Source: Lingula anatina
Lineage: Eukaryota; Animalia; Brachiopoda
Length of the DNA: 64,000 nucleotides
Direction of reading: 5' to 3'
Assembly: GCA_051362555.1 (NCBI GenBank)
Contig: CM120649.1
Span: forward strand, 11,842,001-11,906,000
Under the pieces are notes generated by a model. The model saw only the letters and a list, made by a program, of their open reading frames with translations. It had not been told where the DNA came from and ran no database searches. The translations under genes and the position numbers were made by a program. Positions 26,966-40,407 of this stretch are shown piece by piece (the first letter of the stretch is position 1; every line of letters begins with the position of its first letter).

Positions 26966-28400
26966 TCAATCTGATTGAGAACTATCAGACTCTGACAACT
27001 GCAAAGATTCAATCTTTCCAGTAGCCTTAGCTTTAGAGGTTCTAGAAGGGCCGGTTCTCCTTTCCAGTGATGGCACAATACTTTTATTTTTCTGCTTTTT
27101 GCAGGATTTATTGGATGTTTTCTTACTTTTCGTCATACTGTCACTTTTACCTTTGGACTTTTTCTGAGGTAATACAGTACTACTACTACTGCTACCTTTG
27201 ACACTGCTTGTAGATTGCACATTCTGTCCCTTTTCCTTGGCTTGAATTTGTTTGTTGTCAATTTTTCTGTTTTTTGCAGTCAATTTTGCTTTGTCCTCCT
27301 CATCCTCTTCCGAACTCGGCTCTGAAAAATTAAGTTCATGTTCTGGGGATTCTTTCACTCCCTTAGATTTAGAACTCTGACCTGTAGAAGTTCTTTGACC
27401 TTTCTCAGACCTTGACCTACTTTCATTCTTCATTTTCTTCTTGCCTTTGGTCTTTCCATTGCTTTTGCCTGATTTATCTTCCTTGTCTGCTTGTGAGGGG
27501 TTGTGAAACAAGTCAATGGCCCTGGCTAATCTTTTGCTCTTTACAGTCCTCTTCTCAGACAAATCCACAGTGAAGTATTTATCCAGCCTGTTTTGGCTCT
27601 GAATGAAAACATAATACAATTTAAATAATTTTTGTAAGCACCATGATATTCATATTTAATCAGAAAGCTGCTTGAAGGAGAACTTTTTAAGAGATTCAGT
27701 CAGGAAATAAATATAACAAGAAAATTTTTTTTTAAATTGTAAAATATAAAGTAAAATGAAGGTATAAAAGCTTAGTAAAAAGAGTGCAATCAAAATTAAG
27801 ACTACTGACATTTTCAACCATAAACAAATTCTCAGTTAATAAAATAAATTTGACAATGAAACCTTTGAAGATTTTTTTAAATGTGAGACACCAATTAAGT
27901 TTTAAAACAGTAGAGAGTCTTTACTCACAGTGGTGTTATTTAATTGTTTCATCACAGGGAGCAGCATTTCATCCACCTTCTTTCTGGTCCAGCCACACCT
28001 CTCGGACCCAAATGTGGCACACTCAGTCAAAGATTTTAACATATTAAACAGTATCCTCCTATGTCCAGCTGTAAATATCAGCAGTACATACCATACTTAT
28101 ATTATTTATTTTATATTCATTTTCATACTGATTAACCCAACAAAGAAAAGTTATTTTATTGCACTCAAAAGCAATGATAGAAAGATTAAACAAGAGAAAG
28201 AAAAAGAAAAAAAACTTGGAATTGATGGTTTCTGTGAGCTAATCATTATCAGCCAGTCTACTAAGATGGGTCCTATTAGGAGAAAGTACGGTTGGCCTTA
28301 CTTGACTAAAAACATGACCTAATTACACACAAGGGCAATATTGGTAAAAAAAAAAATTTCACAAATTTGATTATTTTTACCAGGTAAGCAGGCAATTTGA

Positions 28401-28436
<36 letters not shown>

Positions 28437-28775
28437 AATAAAAACACCTTTTGCTATCAATAATTACTAATTTAAAAACATTATTGCATATCGAAGCAAA
28501 AGGATATTCTCTAAGTAGGTCAAGGTCAGGTCGTCCCCAACTGAAGCGTTCTCTGGAATCCTCTACTGTGGGCTGAAGGTAAGCCTCGATCACGGTTGAA
28601 CTGGGGAAACCTGGAGGTTGACAAACATGTTTTCTAATCAGAGATAGTGAACCTAAATACCTGTGTTTAAATGTGCCACTGTTTTTCTTTTCTTTTTTTT
28701 TTGTGAGAGAGGTGCATGTGTGAGTGTATGAAAGAGAAATAGAGCTAGAAATAGTGCCCTATCTCTGTGAGTGTG

Positions 28776-28810
<35 letters not shown>

Positions 28811-31800
28811 GATGCCAGTGTCTCTGTTTACCTGTTTATGTGCATGCATGAGTTTGCAAGTATGGCTGGTATACAAGTATGGCTGGTATACAAGTATGGC
28901 TGGTATACAAGTATGGCTGGTATACAAGTGCAGTAATTGGTGTATGGTTGGTATGCAGAAAATTTAGCTATCAGTTACCCAGACTCATCAAACAATATAA
29001 TTCAAGAAGAAAACAATAAGGTAAATCTTTATTTCTTTTACCTGCTCTAATTTGAAGTTTCTTCAGCTTGCTTTTTGTCTTACTTTCACCAGCTGAAGGT
29101 TTTGGCCGATTTTGTACTGCCTGCCACCACTCCCTAAACATTTCAAAACAATTAAAAAGAGGGTTTCAATTAGAAAAAACACACCAGCTTCCAATCAACT
29201 CCCATCAAATATATTTCTCATCGTGATTTTTAATTTTTTTATAATTTTTATTCCAAATCTTATTCATATCATTAGTGTATCTATAAATTTTTTATTTACT
29301 AGCTCACTCATTTATTTATATTGATTTTTCATTAATTTATTATGTTGAATTTGTTAATTTATCTTTTTGAAAAGATAACAAACTATCTATACTTAGTTTT
29401 CTTCAGTTTAAGCCCTCAGTTTGGCCAACTTTGGTAATGAGACTGTGTGATGATTGATTCACTGAATAATAAAATCTACATAAAATCAATTACCTGAAGG
29501 CAACCAAAGCATCCACATCTTCTCCAGGAAATTCACTCAGGATCTCCATGGCAGTGACAGGTCCTGCCCCCTGTAGGCCTTCAGTGTAATCACTGCCACA
29601 TACCAGCGCCACACAGATACACCGCCTACGATCCAGACCTAAGATCATTGTAAAAGATTTCAGTAAGTTCATTCTATTGTGGTGTATTTCAGCTAAGTGG
29701 CCAGTCACAAATCAGTTGCGATGCGTCAGGGATGGGTAAAACCCGGGAAATTTGAACAAAATCTTGAGACAGATCTCACGATTTTGCACCCGTTGGAGGC
29801 GCTCTCCGGACTTGTCTCCAGGTTGTCGCAGATTTTTTAGACATCGCCACACCCGTTGCGGTCCCCAACTTTGAACTTAAAATTTTAAGATTGCTCGCAA
29901 GATTTTTCACCCATTTTGGGCATCCCAGACATAATCTCCGATGACCTATGACGACCCCCGGCCAAAACTAATCCCCGACAGATCGCCGACATTGTGACTG
30001 GGCCATAAGTGGTAAATGTAATATAATCCGAATTGGCTTAAAATATGTTATAAGTCCTTTATCTTTAAAAATCAAATTCAAATTTATCCTAAAGTTTAGT
30101 TGAATACAATGTTTATAGAGCATCTATAATTATTTTAAAAACATAAATTATAAATAAAACTTCATAAGACACCCCTTATTATCATCTTAATTCTTTTTTT
30201 GTCCTTTTGTTCAAGCATAAGGTTCTTTCACACCCCATATAAGTCTTACCAACATGTTTTTCTATATCCTCAATCTTATATCTCTCAACATGCTTGTTCT
30301 GGTTGAAAAAGTTCTTGTAGACCCTGCGTCCACCAAACAGCCAGATGTCGCTGTCATCCGTGATGGACCCGCTGGTCAAGTTTAGCTGGTCAAGCTGGGC
30401 GCACTGGGCCTCGGCCTCCATGGGGCTCACTACATAGGGGATTCCAAACAGTTGAAGGAGTTCCTGTAATAAAACATATACTAAATATATTACAATAGAA
30501 ATGAAGTTAGTAAATGGAAAATAGTTCTGTATTCATAGAAAATACTAAATATCTGTCATGGTCATTCTTTTTGTTGGCTCCCAACATTGTGCACAATGCA
30601 TGGAAACTTGCTTCAGAATAGTTAAACTTTGTTTTATGATAGAATCTCCTATTCCACCAAGCAACTAACACACCTACTTCTATTTAATATGCAGCAGTTT
30701 TTACATTGCTTGTGTTGTTAATAGCTCTTGCTTTTTCCTTCGTCTTTCATGATCTTTCTCTCTCTCATGCACACACACATGCGCGCATGCACACACACAC
30801 ACAGACAGAATACCATTTCTGATACATAATTTTCATATACATATTAGCAGATTTATTTTTTTATTATTTTCACACACGTGCACATACACACACACACACT
30901 AGCGGTCATCAAAGCAGCCAACAATCACCTGTGCCTCTGCTTGCATCTTCTCTGTCACTGTAGCTGCCAGTCTCTCCTGTTGTCCTTTGGTCTTCCTCAG
31001 GTTTCTCTCCTCAAATATCAGCTCTTGGTCCAAATCTTCCAACTCAGCCTATCAATAAATAAAAAGAATAATAAAATAATAATACCTAAAATTGTTATCA
31101 TTTTCATTATGACTAAAACTCAGTATTTGCATTATAAAAGCACCGATATATATCATGCCAATGTAAATAATTTCTTATATAATACATTATAATCATATTC
31201 CATGAACAGTCCTTCCTTGCTCTAAAAAATATGGACTAATTCTTAGCTCCACTTTTTTGCTTTTAAATGCCTTTACCAATACCTGTGAAAAGTGAGAGCC
31301 CTGATTTGCATTCACACTGTCCAAGTGCTCTTCCCGTATTTTCCAGTCTTCTACTTCCCTGTCAGTTGATTGGAATGTTGGTGCTGGTGTCTTTACCGTT
31401 GTAAATATACTCGCTGGAAACAGGTCATCCTCATCAGGGGGTGGTGCACTGGGGTCGATTGTTATTGCTATTGTATCTTTCTTGTTATCTTTTAATAAAA
31501 AAATAAAAATCTGTTCATGAAAATAAAACGGATATAGCTCATGTGCATCAACAGTTCAATCTTGCGCTGAAAGCACATTTAATTTAAAAGTCTCTTCAAA
31601 TTCAGAAACACCTCAAAATTAACAATTTATCTTTTTTCACCAATATACTTTTGCTCATAAAAAATTGGAAAGTGTTCAGCATATGGGTAAAATTTAGAGT
31701 GTTAGTAAACCCAGGTATGTTATTCCACTGTACCTGACAGACAGCTTTCAACTTTTATCTTCTTTTCTGGCACGCTTGAAATGGGAGCATCACCATCACC

Positions 31801-34800
31801 ATTATCATGCTTTCTTTTCTTTTCAGTTTCCAATGTGGCTTCAGCACAGGTGTCAATATCTTCAGTGGCTTCTGTAATCACTTCAGAGGAGAGGCCATTT
31901 ATTGATTTTCCAGACGCTGTGGCATTTATTGTTGAATTTGGCACAGTCCTTGTCCCAGTGCTGGGACCTGTGAAACTGACACCAGGGGTGTTGTCCAAGA
32001 CAGGCTGATCCTTTAACTGGACCTTTTGATTGTGCCCTGATTTATCAGCTGGTGAAGTTTTTGAGGCTTCAACTTTGTTGTCATATTCATTAAACAACTG
32101 ATCTGAGAGTGAAGTCTGTGACTGACCTATGGGAATCTGGGGATAAACATCTTCACTTTTCTTGTCTTCCTCTTCTGCATCAACCAAAACAAACCCTCCC
32201 TTTTCAGTCCTAAAATCTGCTTCTCCCTGTGCTGTTACAGTAACACTTTTCTCAGAATCACAAGTAGATTTTACATGTGCAGACACCTCATGATGCTTCT
32301 CCAAAATTCTATGACCACCATTTTCATCAGCATTGCTATTGTTCACAGTTAAATCAACACAGTCTGACTCACCAGAGTCGTTTCTGGTTTTGTGAACTGG
32401 CCCAATGATCTCTCTTTTAGATTGTTCTTTCCCATCTTTAACTTTCACATGTTTTTCTGATAGGTTATTATCAACTGTCATATAGTTACTTTGTTTTACT
32501 GGTTCATTTATGCTGATAGATTCTGTTTTATTTGCTTCACTTTGGTCCAGAAAAAGATCATTATTCCTGGTGTTTTTACTGGATAGTGTGCTGTCTGAAA
32601 GAGAAGTGCTTGATGTGAGATCCATCAAAGCAGAGGACTGAATTGCTTCCACTGTAGAGTTTTTTTCTGCAGTCCTTCTCCCTGAGCCAGTATTATAAGG
32701 AATTGGCATGTCTCCCTCATCATCAATCACAATGCACTCCTCTCTGGTTTCTACTTTCTTTGTTAAATCAATCAGTGAAACTTTCTGCTCAGTTTTGCCC
32801 AAATATTCAGTTTTCCTTTTCAGCTGGAGCATTAAAGGTTCTTCCTCGAAATCGGACTCATCTGATAGAGTACCAAAGTCATCAACACTGTAAACATCCG
32901 CCATATTGGAAGAAGAAGTCCCAGCAGTCTCAGCAGATGGTTTCTGATTGGATAATCCTTTAATGAGAATGGCATGAGACGTGTCCTCGGATACAATGCG
33001 ATGTGAGGTGATTTGGGTCACAGGGTGACCTTGGGTCAGGCTGGGACCCATACTGCCCAGTGCCTGATGGTTCATTTCTTTGCGGACATCTTCGATGCGT
33101 TGTGACAGCTTGTTCTGACGGACAATCTTAGCTATTTGGAAGCCAGAGAACTGATCAGAGTCCTAAGCATTATGCAAAAAGAGAAATGTATGGCTGACAT
33201 TGTACAAAGTTGAACTAGAGGATCAGAGAGGCGATACCGCCTCCGGATATTGTACCACCAGCTGGAGTAAGCGCATTCGTATGGACCCCCCCCCCTCCAA
33301 AAAGGGACACCATCACCAGTCTTGTGCTTGACAAGCTCTATAAAATGCAATCAACAGGAGTTCTCAAAATATACAAAAAAATATAATTAAAAATGGTCAG
33401 TATATGACTTTCTATTCAACTTCAATAGTAACTATGGACCTATCTCAGCCAGTTTTGGAGATATAAGGGACTAAATGTTATAATTTTGCAGTTACCATAA
33501 TGTGCCATAAATTTCCTACAGAAAAAATTAATTAAAATAAAGAAAAGGTCATTTTGGTCAAAATTCTTGAAATGGGAGGTGCTCTGAAGTTCCAGATGTT
33601 CTAATTTGATGAAATAATGTCATTTTTGACCATAAGTTGCCTGCTTTGCCAAGCCTTATGTTTTATTTTTCTGGAGTTCAAAATTAATTATCCATTACCG
33701 TACTGCACATTTTGCTTTCACCACCAATATGTACTTTTTGATACAGCGTAAATTTGGAGATGAAAGGGAAGCAAAATTTGCAAAGTTCAGTTCATGGTGA
33801 AAAGTAGGTCAAAGGTCAATTTCAAGGTCACATTCAGATTGCCAGTATGACTTCCTATTCAATACAACAGTAACTATGGACCTATCTCTGCCAGTTTTGG
33901 AGATAAAAGGGAAGCAAAGTTTGCAAAGTTCAATTTATGGTGAAAAGTAGGTCAAAGGTCAATTTCAAGGTCACAGTAAGATTGCCAGTATATGACTTCC
34001 TATTCAACCTCAATAGTAACTATGGACCTATCTCTGCCAGTTTTGGAGATAAAAGGGAAGCAAAATTTGCAAAGTTCATGTGATGAAAAGTAGGTCAAAG
34101 GTCAATTTCAAGGTCACAGTAAGATTGCCAGTATATGACTTCCCATTCAAGTTCAATAGTAATTATGGACCTATCTCTGCCAGTTTTGGAGATAAAAGGG
34201 AAGCAAAATTTGCAAAGTTCAGTTCATGGTGAAAAGTAGGTCAAAGGTCAATTTCAAGGTCACATTTAGATTGTCAGTATATGACTTCATATTCAAGTTC
34301 AATAGTAACTATGGACCTATCTCTGCCAGTTTTGGAGATAAAAGGGAAGCAAAATTTGCAAAGTTCAGTTCATGGTGAAAAGTAGGTCAAAGGTCAATTT
34401 CAAGGTCACAGTAAGATTGCCAGTATATGACTTCCTATTCAACTTCAATAGTAACTATGGACCTATCTCTGCCAGTTTTGGAGATATAAGGGACTAAATG
34501 TTATAATTTTGGAGTTACCATAATGTGCCATAAATTTCCTACAGAAAAAATTAATCAAAATAAAGAAAAGGTCATTTTGGTCAAAATTCTTGAAATGGGA
34601 GGTGCTCTGAGGTTCCAGATGTTCTAATTTGATGAAACAATGTCATTTTTGACCACAAGTTGCCTGCTTTGCCAAGCCTTATGTTTTGTTTTTCTGGAGT
34701 TCAAAATTAATTATCCATTACCGTACTGCACATTTTGCTTTCACCACCAATATGTACTTTTTGATACAGCGTAAATTTGGAGATAAAAAGGAAGCAAAAT

Positions 34801-37800
34801 TAACAAAGTTCAGTTCATGGTGAAAAGTAGGTCAAAGGTCAGTTTTAAGGTCACATTTAGATTGCCAGTGTATCACTTCCTATTCAACTTCAATAGTAAC
34901 TATGGACCTATCTCTGCCAGTTTTGGAGATAAAAGGGAAGCAAAATTTGCAAAGTTCAATTCATGGTGAAAAGTAGGTTAAAGGTCAATTTGAAGGTCAC
35001 AGTAAGATTGCCGGTATATGACTTCCTATTCAATACAATAGTAACTATGGACCTATCTCTGCCAGTTTTGGAGATAAAAGGGAAGCAAAATTTGCAAAGT
35101 TCAATTTATGGTGAAAAGTAGGTCAAAGGTCAATTTCAAGGTCACATTTAGATTGCCAGTATATGACTTCCTATTCAACTTCAATAATAACTATGGACCT
35201 ATCTCTGCCAGTTTTGGAGATAAAAGGGAAGCAAAATTTGCAAAGTTCAATTCATGGTGAAAAGTAGGTCAATGGTCAATTTGAAGGTAACAGTAAGATT
35301 GCCAGTATATGACTTCCTATTCAACTTCAATAGAAACTATGGACCTATCTCTGCCAGTTTTGGAGATAAAAGGGAAGCAAAATTTGCAAAGTTCAGTTCA
35401 TGATGAAAAGTAGGTCAAAGGTCAATTTCAAGGTCACAGTAAGATTGCCAGTATATGACGACCTATTCAAGTTCAATAGTAATTATGGACCTATCTCTGC
35501 CAGTTTTGGAGATAAAAGGGAAGCAAAATTTGCAAAGTTCAGTTCAAGGTGAAAAGTAGGTCAAAGGTCAATTTCAAGGTCACATTTAGATTGTCAGTAT
35601 TTGACTTCATATTCAAGTTCAATAGAAACTATGGACCTATCTCTGCCAGTTTTGGAGATAAAAGGGAAGCAAAATTTGCAAAGTTCAATTCATGGTGAAA
35701 AGTAGGTCAAAGGTCAATTTCAAGGTCACATTTAGATTGCCAGTATAAGACTTCCTATTCAACTTCAATAGTAACTATGGACCTATCTCTGCCAGTTTTG
35801 GAGATAAAAGGGAAGCAAAATTTGCAAAGTTCAATTCATGGTGAAAAGTAGGTCAAAGGTCAATTTCAAGGTCACATTTAGATTGCCAGTATATGACTTC
35901 CTATTCAACTTCAATAGTAACTATGGACCTATCTCTGCCAGTTTTGGAGATAAAAGGGAAGCAAAATTTGCAAAATTTGCAAAGTTCATGGTGAAAAGTA
36001 GGTCAAAGGTCAATTTCAAGGTCACAGTAAGATTGCCAGTATATGACTTCCTATTCAACTTCAATAGTAACTATGGACCTATCTCTGCCAGTTTTGGAGA
36101 TATAAGGGACTAAATGTTATAATTTTGGAATTACCTTAATGTGCCATAAATTTCCTACAGCAAAAATTAATTAAAATAAAGCAAAGGTCATTTTGGTCAA
36201 AATTCTTGAAATGGGAGGTGCTCTGAAGTTCCAGAAGTTCAAATTTGATGAAATAATGTCATTTTTGACCACAAGTTGTCTGCTTTGCCAAGCCTTATGT
36301 TTTATTTTTCCAGAGTTCAAAATTTATTATCCATTACCGTACTGCACATTTTGCTTTCACCACCAATATGAACTTTCTGATACAGCATAACTTGAAAACC
36401 GTACGGAATACAAAAAAACGGAGACCACCTCCAGTGTTGGGCTTTACATGCTCTACAAAATGCAAAAAAGAATGGGTCTCTAGCATTAACGGTTCCCGAA
36501 TTAGAGACAGTTTTCAGTTTCGCCATCTTATGGCCGCTTCTCCGGTGAAAATGCACTGATTGACCCCAAATTCACGGAGATGAAGGATGACCTGAAGGGT
36601 AACGCTTTCCAATAATATTATTGGTTAAGTCTGTGTGGTGTCTGAATAACAGGGCAAAAAAAATTTTTTTCGTAAAAAATTTAATTTTTTTGAAAATTTT
36701 GGCCCGTTTGACCTTGAAGTAAAGGTCAAAGGTCAAATCCAAGGGCATATTTGAAATCTACACATATGACTTTTGGAAAGCCTTCTGTAGAAATTTTTCC
36801 CATAACCCCTTCCGTAGGGTAGATAATTAGCATTTAATTTTGCCATTTTTGGACAAGGGTGCATTTCAATGAGTGCCACACCCAGACCCCAATACCGACA
36901 AAGCCCAAATTTTACGTGGAACGAGTTGAGATTATAGGTGACCTAAATCCAAGAGATGGGTACGGGGGGCCTTACCGCCTAGGAGGAGAAGCGGTAACGG
37001 TAGCCGTCCGGCGGAGCCGGCGGAGCCAACGGAGCCGGCGGAGCCGGCGGAACGATCCGGACGGGACCGAAACCATGTGTACCGCCAGCGCTAACGCTGG
37101 TGGTACAAATAACTTCATCAGAATGACAGATTGTTGACGATATATTGTTCATATCACAAATTTTTATCTGTCAGAAACTAATTACATTTGTGAGATAAAG
37201 ATACATCTTGATGTCAATCTGACATTTTCTGATGTCTGATTGCCATGGAATGTGACTACAAGCATCTAAATAATTAGACAGAGACATAACAAAATTTACA
37301 ATTTATAATAATACAAACTGATATTGCTTTCCAGGTAAAATCAGGACACTTACAATAATATAATATTGTTATGAGAACTCAGAATGGGAATGAGAAACTT
37401 TTCAAAAGGCATCCAAAACGTTTTTGATAATTCATCAAGCTGTGGGTCTCTTTAGAGAAACAGACTAAAAACCATTTATTAAAGACTTTCACTACTTACC
37501 TGTGGTAATTCATCAAACTGTGACCAACCCACTCTTTTCTTAGTCTCTTTAATCTCTGTCAGTATCTCGTGTTGGACTTCAGGAGGAAAACTTCTGAACT
37601 CCTCACTGTCAATGTCAACATTACCAAAGTCTTGATATTCACTCTGTAATGTTGAATATTAATCAAAAAATGCAGATGATTATTGATGTTTAATCCAGCA
37701 GATTTCACAAATGCTATTAACAGTATAGCCTGAACTTAACAGAAACAAGACTTCAAATTTATAAAGGAAGGCACTGATCATCTTTATTTTGTTACTCATT

Positions 37801-39689
37801 TACAACCAAAGTTGATCTGTGGATCCAGGAATCAAATATGGCAGACTCGCTTCAAAGGTTACCTCTCAATTTTCACGGGGAATCTATTTACTGCCTATAA
37901 GGGGATTATGCGACTACTTTCAAGTGTGTCAGCCATATTTGGTCCTTGGATCAGTTAGTTCACGGATCAACTTTAGTTGTGAATGCAGCCTAAGAGTTAG
38001 GCACTCACCATTATTATGTCCCTCTGAAGCATCCTTTCTTCCCATGGATCAGGTTCTTCTTCTTCTACTGCTTCTGAACTAAAACGCATGTCAAAATAAA
38101 TGTAACAGACAGGGCGAGAGAGAGAGAGAGAGAGAGTGGGAGGGGGGATGTAAACACTGTCATACTGTCATCAAGTGCGGTTCTTTGAAGTTCATCAAGA
38201 ACTCCTGGCAATTGTCTCTCCTGAAAATCTATAACCTTTTGTAGACCCCTTAAAGATAATACAGTTTAATGGGTAAAAAACAATAATGAAGAACAATGTG
38301 TAAAAAATCATAAAAAAGAACAATAAAATAAAGGGACACTCTACAATAATTCCTGTTTTGACCACAGGTGTAATATGTCACTAAATGTAACAATATTATG
38401 TTAAATCAGCAAAAATTCACTTCACACACATTATTTAGCCTGAGAAAATTAACTTGAAATTAGTATTGGGCCAATTTTGCTTGATGGGTCCATAAAAATC
38501 TACCTGTCTTGTTCAGGTAAAGGTGGCAATTGGTACATGTCAGCTTCTTTTGAAGTGGAAGGCTTAGCAGGGATTTCTGGCACAGTGGCTTTCTCTCCTC
38601 CCCTCCCCATAGCTGCCTGAACTGCTTGTCTCTTCAGGAAATTTGTGAGGATTTTTTGTGATGTTTTCCCAGTTTCTTTTTCTGCCTGTTCTTTTCTTTG
38701 TCTCCTGGCAGCCTGGGGATAAAATTTTTTTTTCAATTTTTAATATTTCAAACATCTCAAGTCATGTCATTTAAAGGTCACATTCTATAAAGAAAATATA
38801 AATCTGACAGTTACTTCAACTCATAAGATAAGTGGCACTTCTGTTTTATGTATTTCAAATTACATAATATACAATGGCTGAATAGGCTTTTATTTATTTC
38901 ACTTTTTTACCATTCAGGATAAATTTCAGAATTCATATATATATATCACTTACCAGGGTTTGCTTCTTCAGGGCAGGCACACCCCCATCAAACACAAAGA
39001 CAGGCTTTATCCTGTAGTAGAGCAGCTTACAGATCCTGTTGAAGAGCGTGATGAGGTGGGCATTAGGGAGAGGACTGCCATGTTTGTCCCTCATCCCCTT
39101 CACACTCTGGTTTAACCAAATACTCACATCTGTGGACTGCAGTCAAGGCACCTTATGGTACTGCTACTATTGCTTTTTATACAATTATCATAATGATCAT
39201 GATAATTGTTACTTTAACTTTATTACTTAGCCTATGGAACATGTTTAATATCTATTATTATTATTAATATTATTATTATTGATGTTGTTGTTGTTGTTAG
39301 GACTTGTGGATTTAAAATAAAAAATTGGGTAGTCATACTGCTGCAGAAGATAAATCTATCAATAAATTCATTAATTAAATTACAGATAAAACAAAATGTG
39401 CAGAAAAGAATATAAAGAAGAACAAAAATGACATCTGCTTTAGATTTTCAGGATCAACGTTCTCATGTATACCAAATACTGAACAACTTTCAAAATTTCT
39501 GTTTGTTCACAATCATAAATGAGATATCAGTTAATTAACCTATGCAAAGTTTTATAACTTAAAGTATCACCATATATCCCTGTGTTAATTTTCAAGGATA
39601 CCCACTGCTAGGACCTGTCCCTCCAGAGACTCTAGTGTCACAGGTCTCCCTGCAGTCTGCAGTAACTGCCACAGGCCCTGCACTCCCAT
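26966..39689 (-). CDS. ERCC5: XPG/Rad2 structure-specific endonuclease of nucleotide excision repair (~1237 aa, 14 coding exons)
   Basis: Exons 39689-39602, 39129-38954, 38712-38504, 38078-38009, 37643-37500, 33162-31734, 31488-31283, 31048-30929, 30463-30250, 29638-29494, 29133-29042, 28610-28508, 28013-27929, 27598-26966; phases consistent. N-domain [30 protein letters not shown]; I-domain [21 protein letters not shown]; H2[21 protein letters not shown]; PIP box QNRLDKYF; basic C-terminus. Confidence 0.95.
28014..28507 (-). other. U12-type AT-AC intron of XPG
   Basis: 5' splice site ATATCCTTT; branch-like TCTTTGAC about 12 nt before the terminal CCAC; splicing restores [15 protein letters not shown] in frame. 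Confidence 0.88.
28857..28928. repeat. 17-bp minisatellite (CAAGTATGGCTGGTATA) x4
   Basis: Four perfect tandem copies in an XPG intron. Confidence 0.9.
29698..30005. mobile_element. Probable PIF/Harbinger-type MITE in an XPG intron
   Basis: GC-rich insert bounded by tggccagtcacaa ... ttgtgactgggcca with taa at the right flank; terminal motif shared with 42563-42915. Confidence 0.6.
33213..37112 (-). mobile_element. Helentron-associated (HINE-like) element, copy 2, with an expanded 146-bp satellite array and three ~290-bp spacer blocks
   Basis: On the minus strand: 5' TTTGTACCACCAGCG followed by its near inverted repeat (37079-37109), GCCGGCGGA microsatellite, array, 3' subTIR GCTGGTGGTACAA (~33250-33262), hairpin GGAGGCGGTATCGCCTCT, terminus CTAGTT. 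Fills most of the XPG intron 33163-37499. Confidence 0.85.
33756..36110. repeat. 146-bp tandem satellite array (5 + 9 units separated by a spacer)
   Basis: Anchor ggtcaaaggtcaatttcaagg recurs at ~33807, 33950, 34093, 34239, 34385, then 34829-36001 at ~146-bp period; spacer copies at ~33463, ~34486, ~36103. Confidence 0.92.
39130..39601 (-). other. U12-type GT-AG intron of XPG (first coding intron)
   Basis: 5' splice site GTATCCTTG; branch site TGCCTTGAC 12 nt before the end of the intron; no polypyrimidine tract. Confidence 0.88.
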
Positions 39690-39721
39690 ACCGGAACACT
39701 GTTTATATTATATACTACACC

Positions 39722-39920
39722 ATATCAGTCTGGAAGACAAGTGGATGAAAGTGAAGGGGATTAAACTCTTAAGCCAGAGTTATTTTTTATAAATATCATA
39801 CCAGGCTTAAATAGATGTGGAATAAAAAGAAGGGGTTGAACTCCCAACCAGAATTATTTTTATAAATATGATACCAGTCTGGAATAGAAGTAGATAAATG
39901 TGAAGGGGGGGGGGGGGGGG
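39722..39920. repeat. Degenerate ~73-bp tandem repeat (about 3 copies) just upstream of the XPG ATG
   Basis: Recurring gaagggg..tt(a/g)aactc..a.ccaga.ttattttt.ataaatat.ataccag motif. Confidence 0.6.
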
Positions 39921-40407
39921 GGGGGGGTTGAACTCCCAAGTCAAAAGTATGTGTGTATACATTGAGAAGAGAGATATACATGAGCATGCAACTCTCAGCC
40001 TAGAATTACTTTTGCCCCGTTTGTGTGTGCAAATCAGAGGGGTTTCCAAAATCAGGACATAAGTTAGCTTAGCATCTGTGTTATATTTTATATTAAAATG
40101 TGATATACGTGTGCACATGTTATTGCTTAAGATGTTCTGGTGTAAAACAGGCAAAGTGTCAAAATCTCTGGCTCTACTTGATGCATGTACTTTCAAAATG
40201 GGAGTTCAATCCCCTTGAAATTAGGCCTAGTGACCTCAAGCAATGTATTTTCGGAACCAGTTTCTATACGGAACCAGTTGCTGATCAATCGTGAGATTTA
40301 ATGTATTTACTGAGCTGATCCCCCCCCCCCCCCCCCCCAAACACCACCACTACCATTACTACTACCAGCTGGAAGAAAAACAGGAATACAGTCAAACACC
40401 ATCTGAG

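Noticed and set aside
31720-33075. Stand-alone 451-aa low-complexity ORF
   Set aside because: It is the large spacer exon of XPG (33162-31734).
33756-36110. Regular repeats resembling a CRISPR array
   Set aside because: Whole 146-bp units repeat with no unique spacers, there are no cas genes, and the array lies in a eukaryotic intron inside a transposon.
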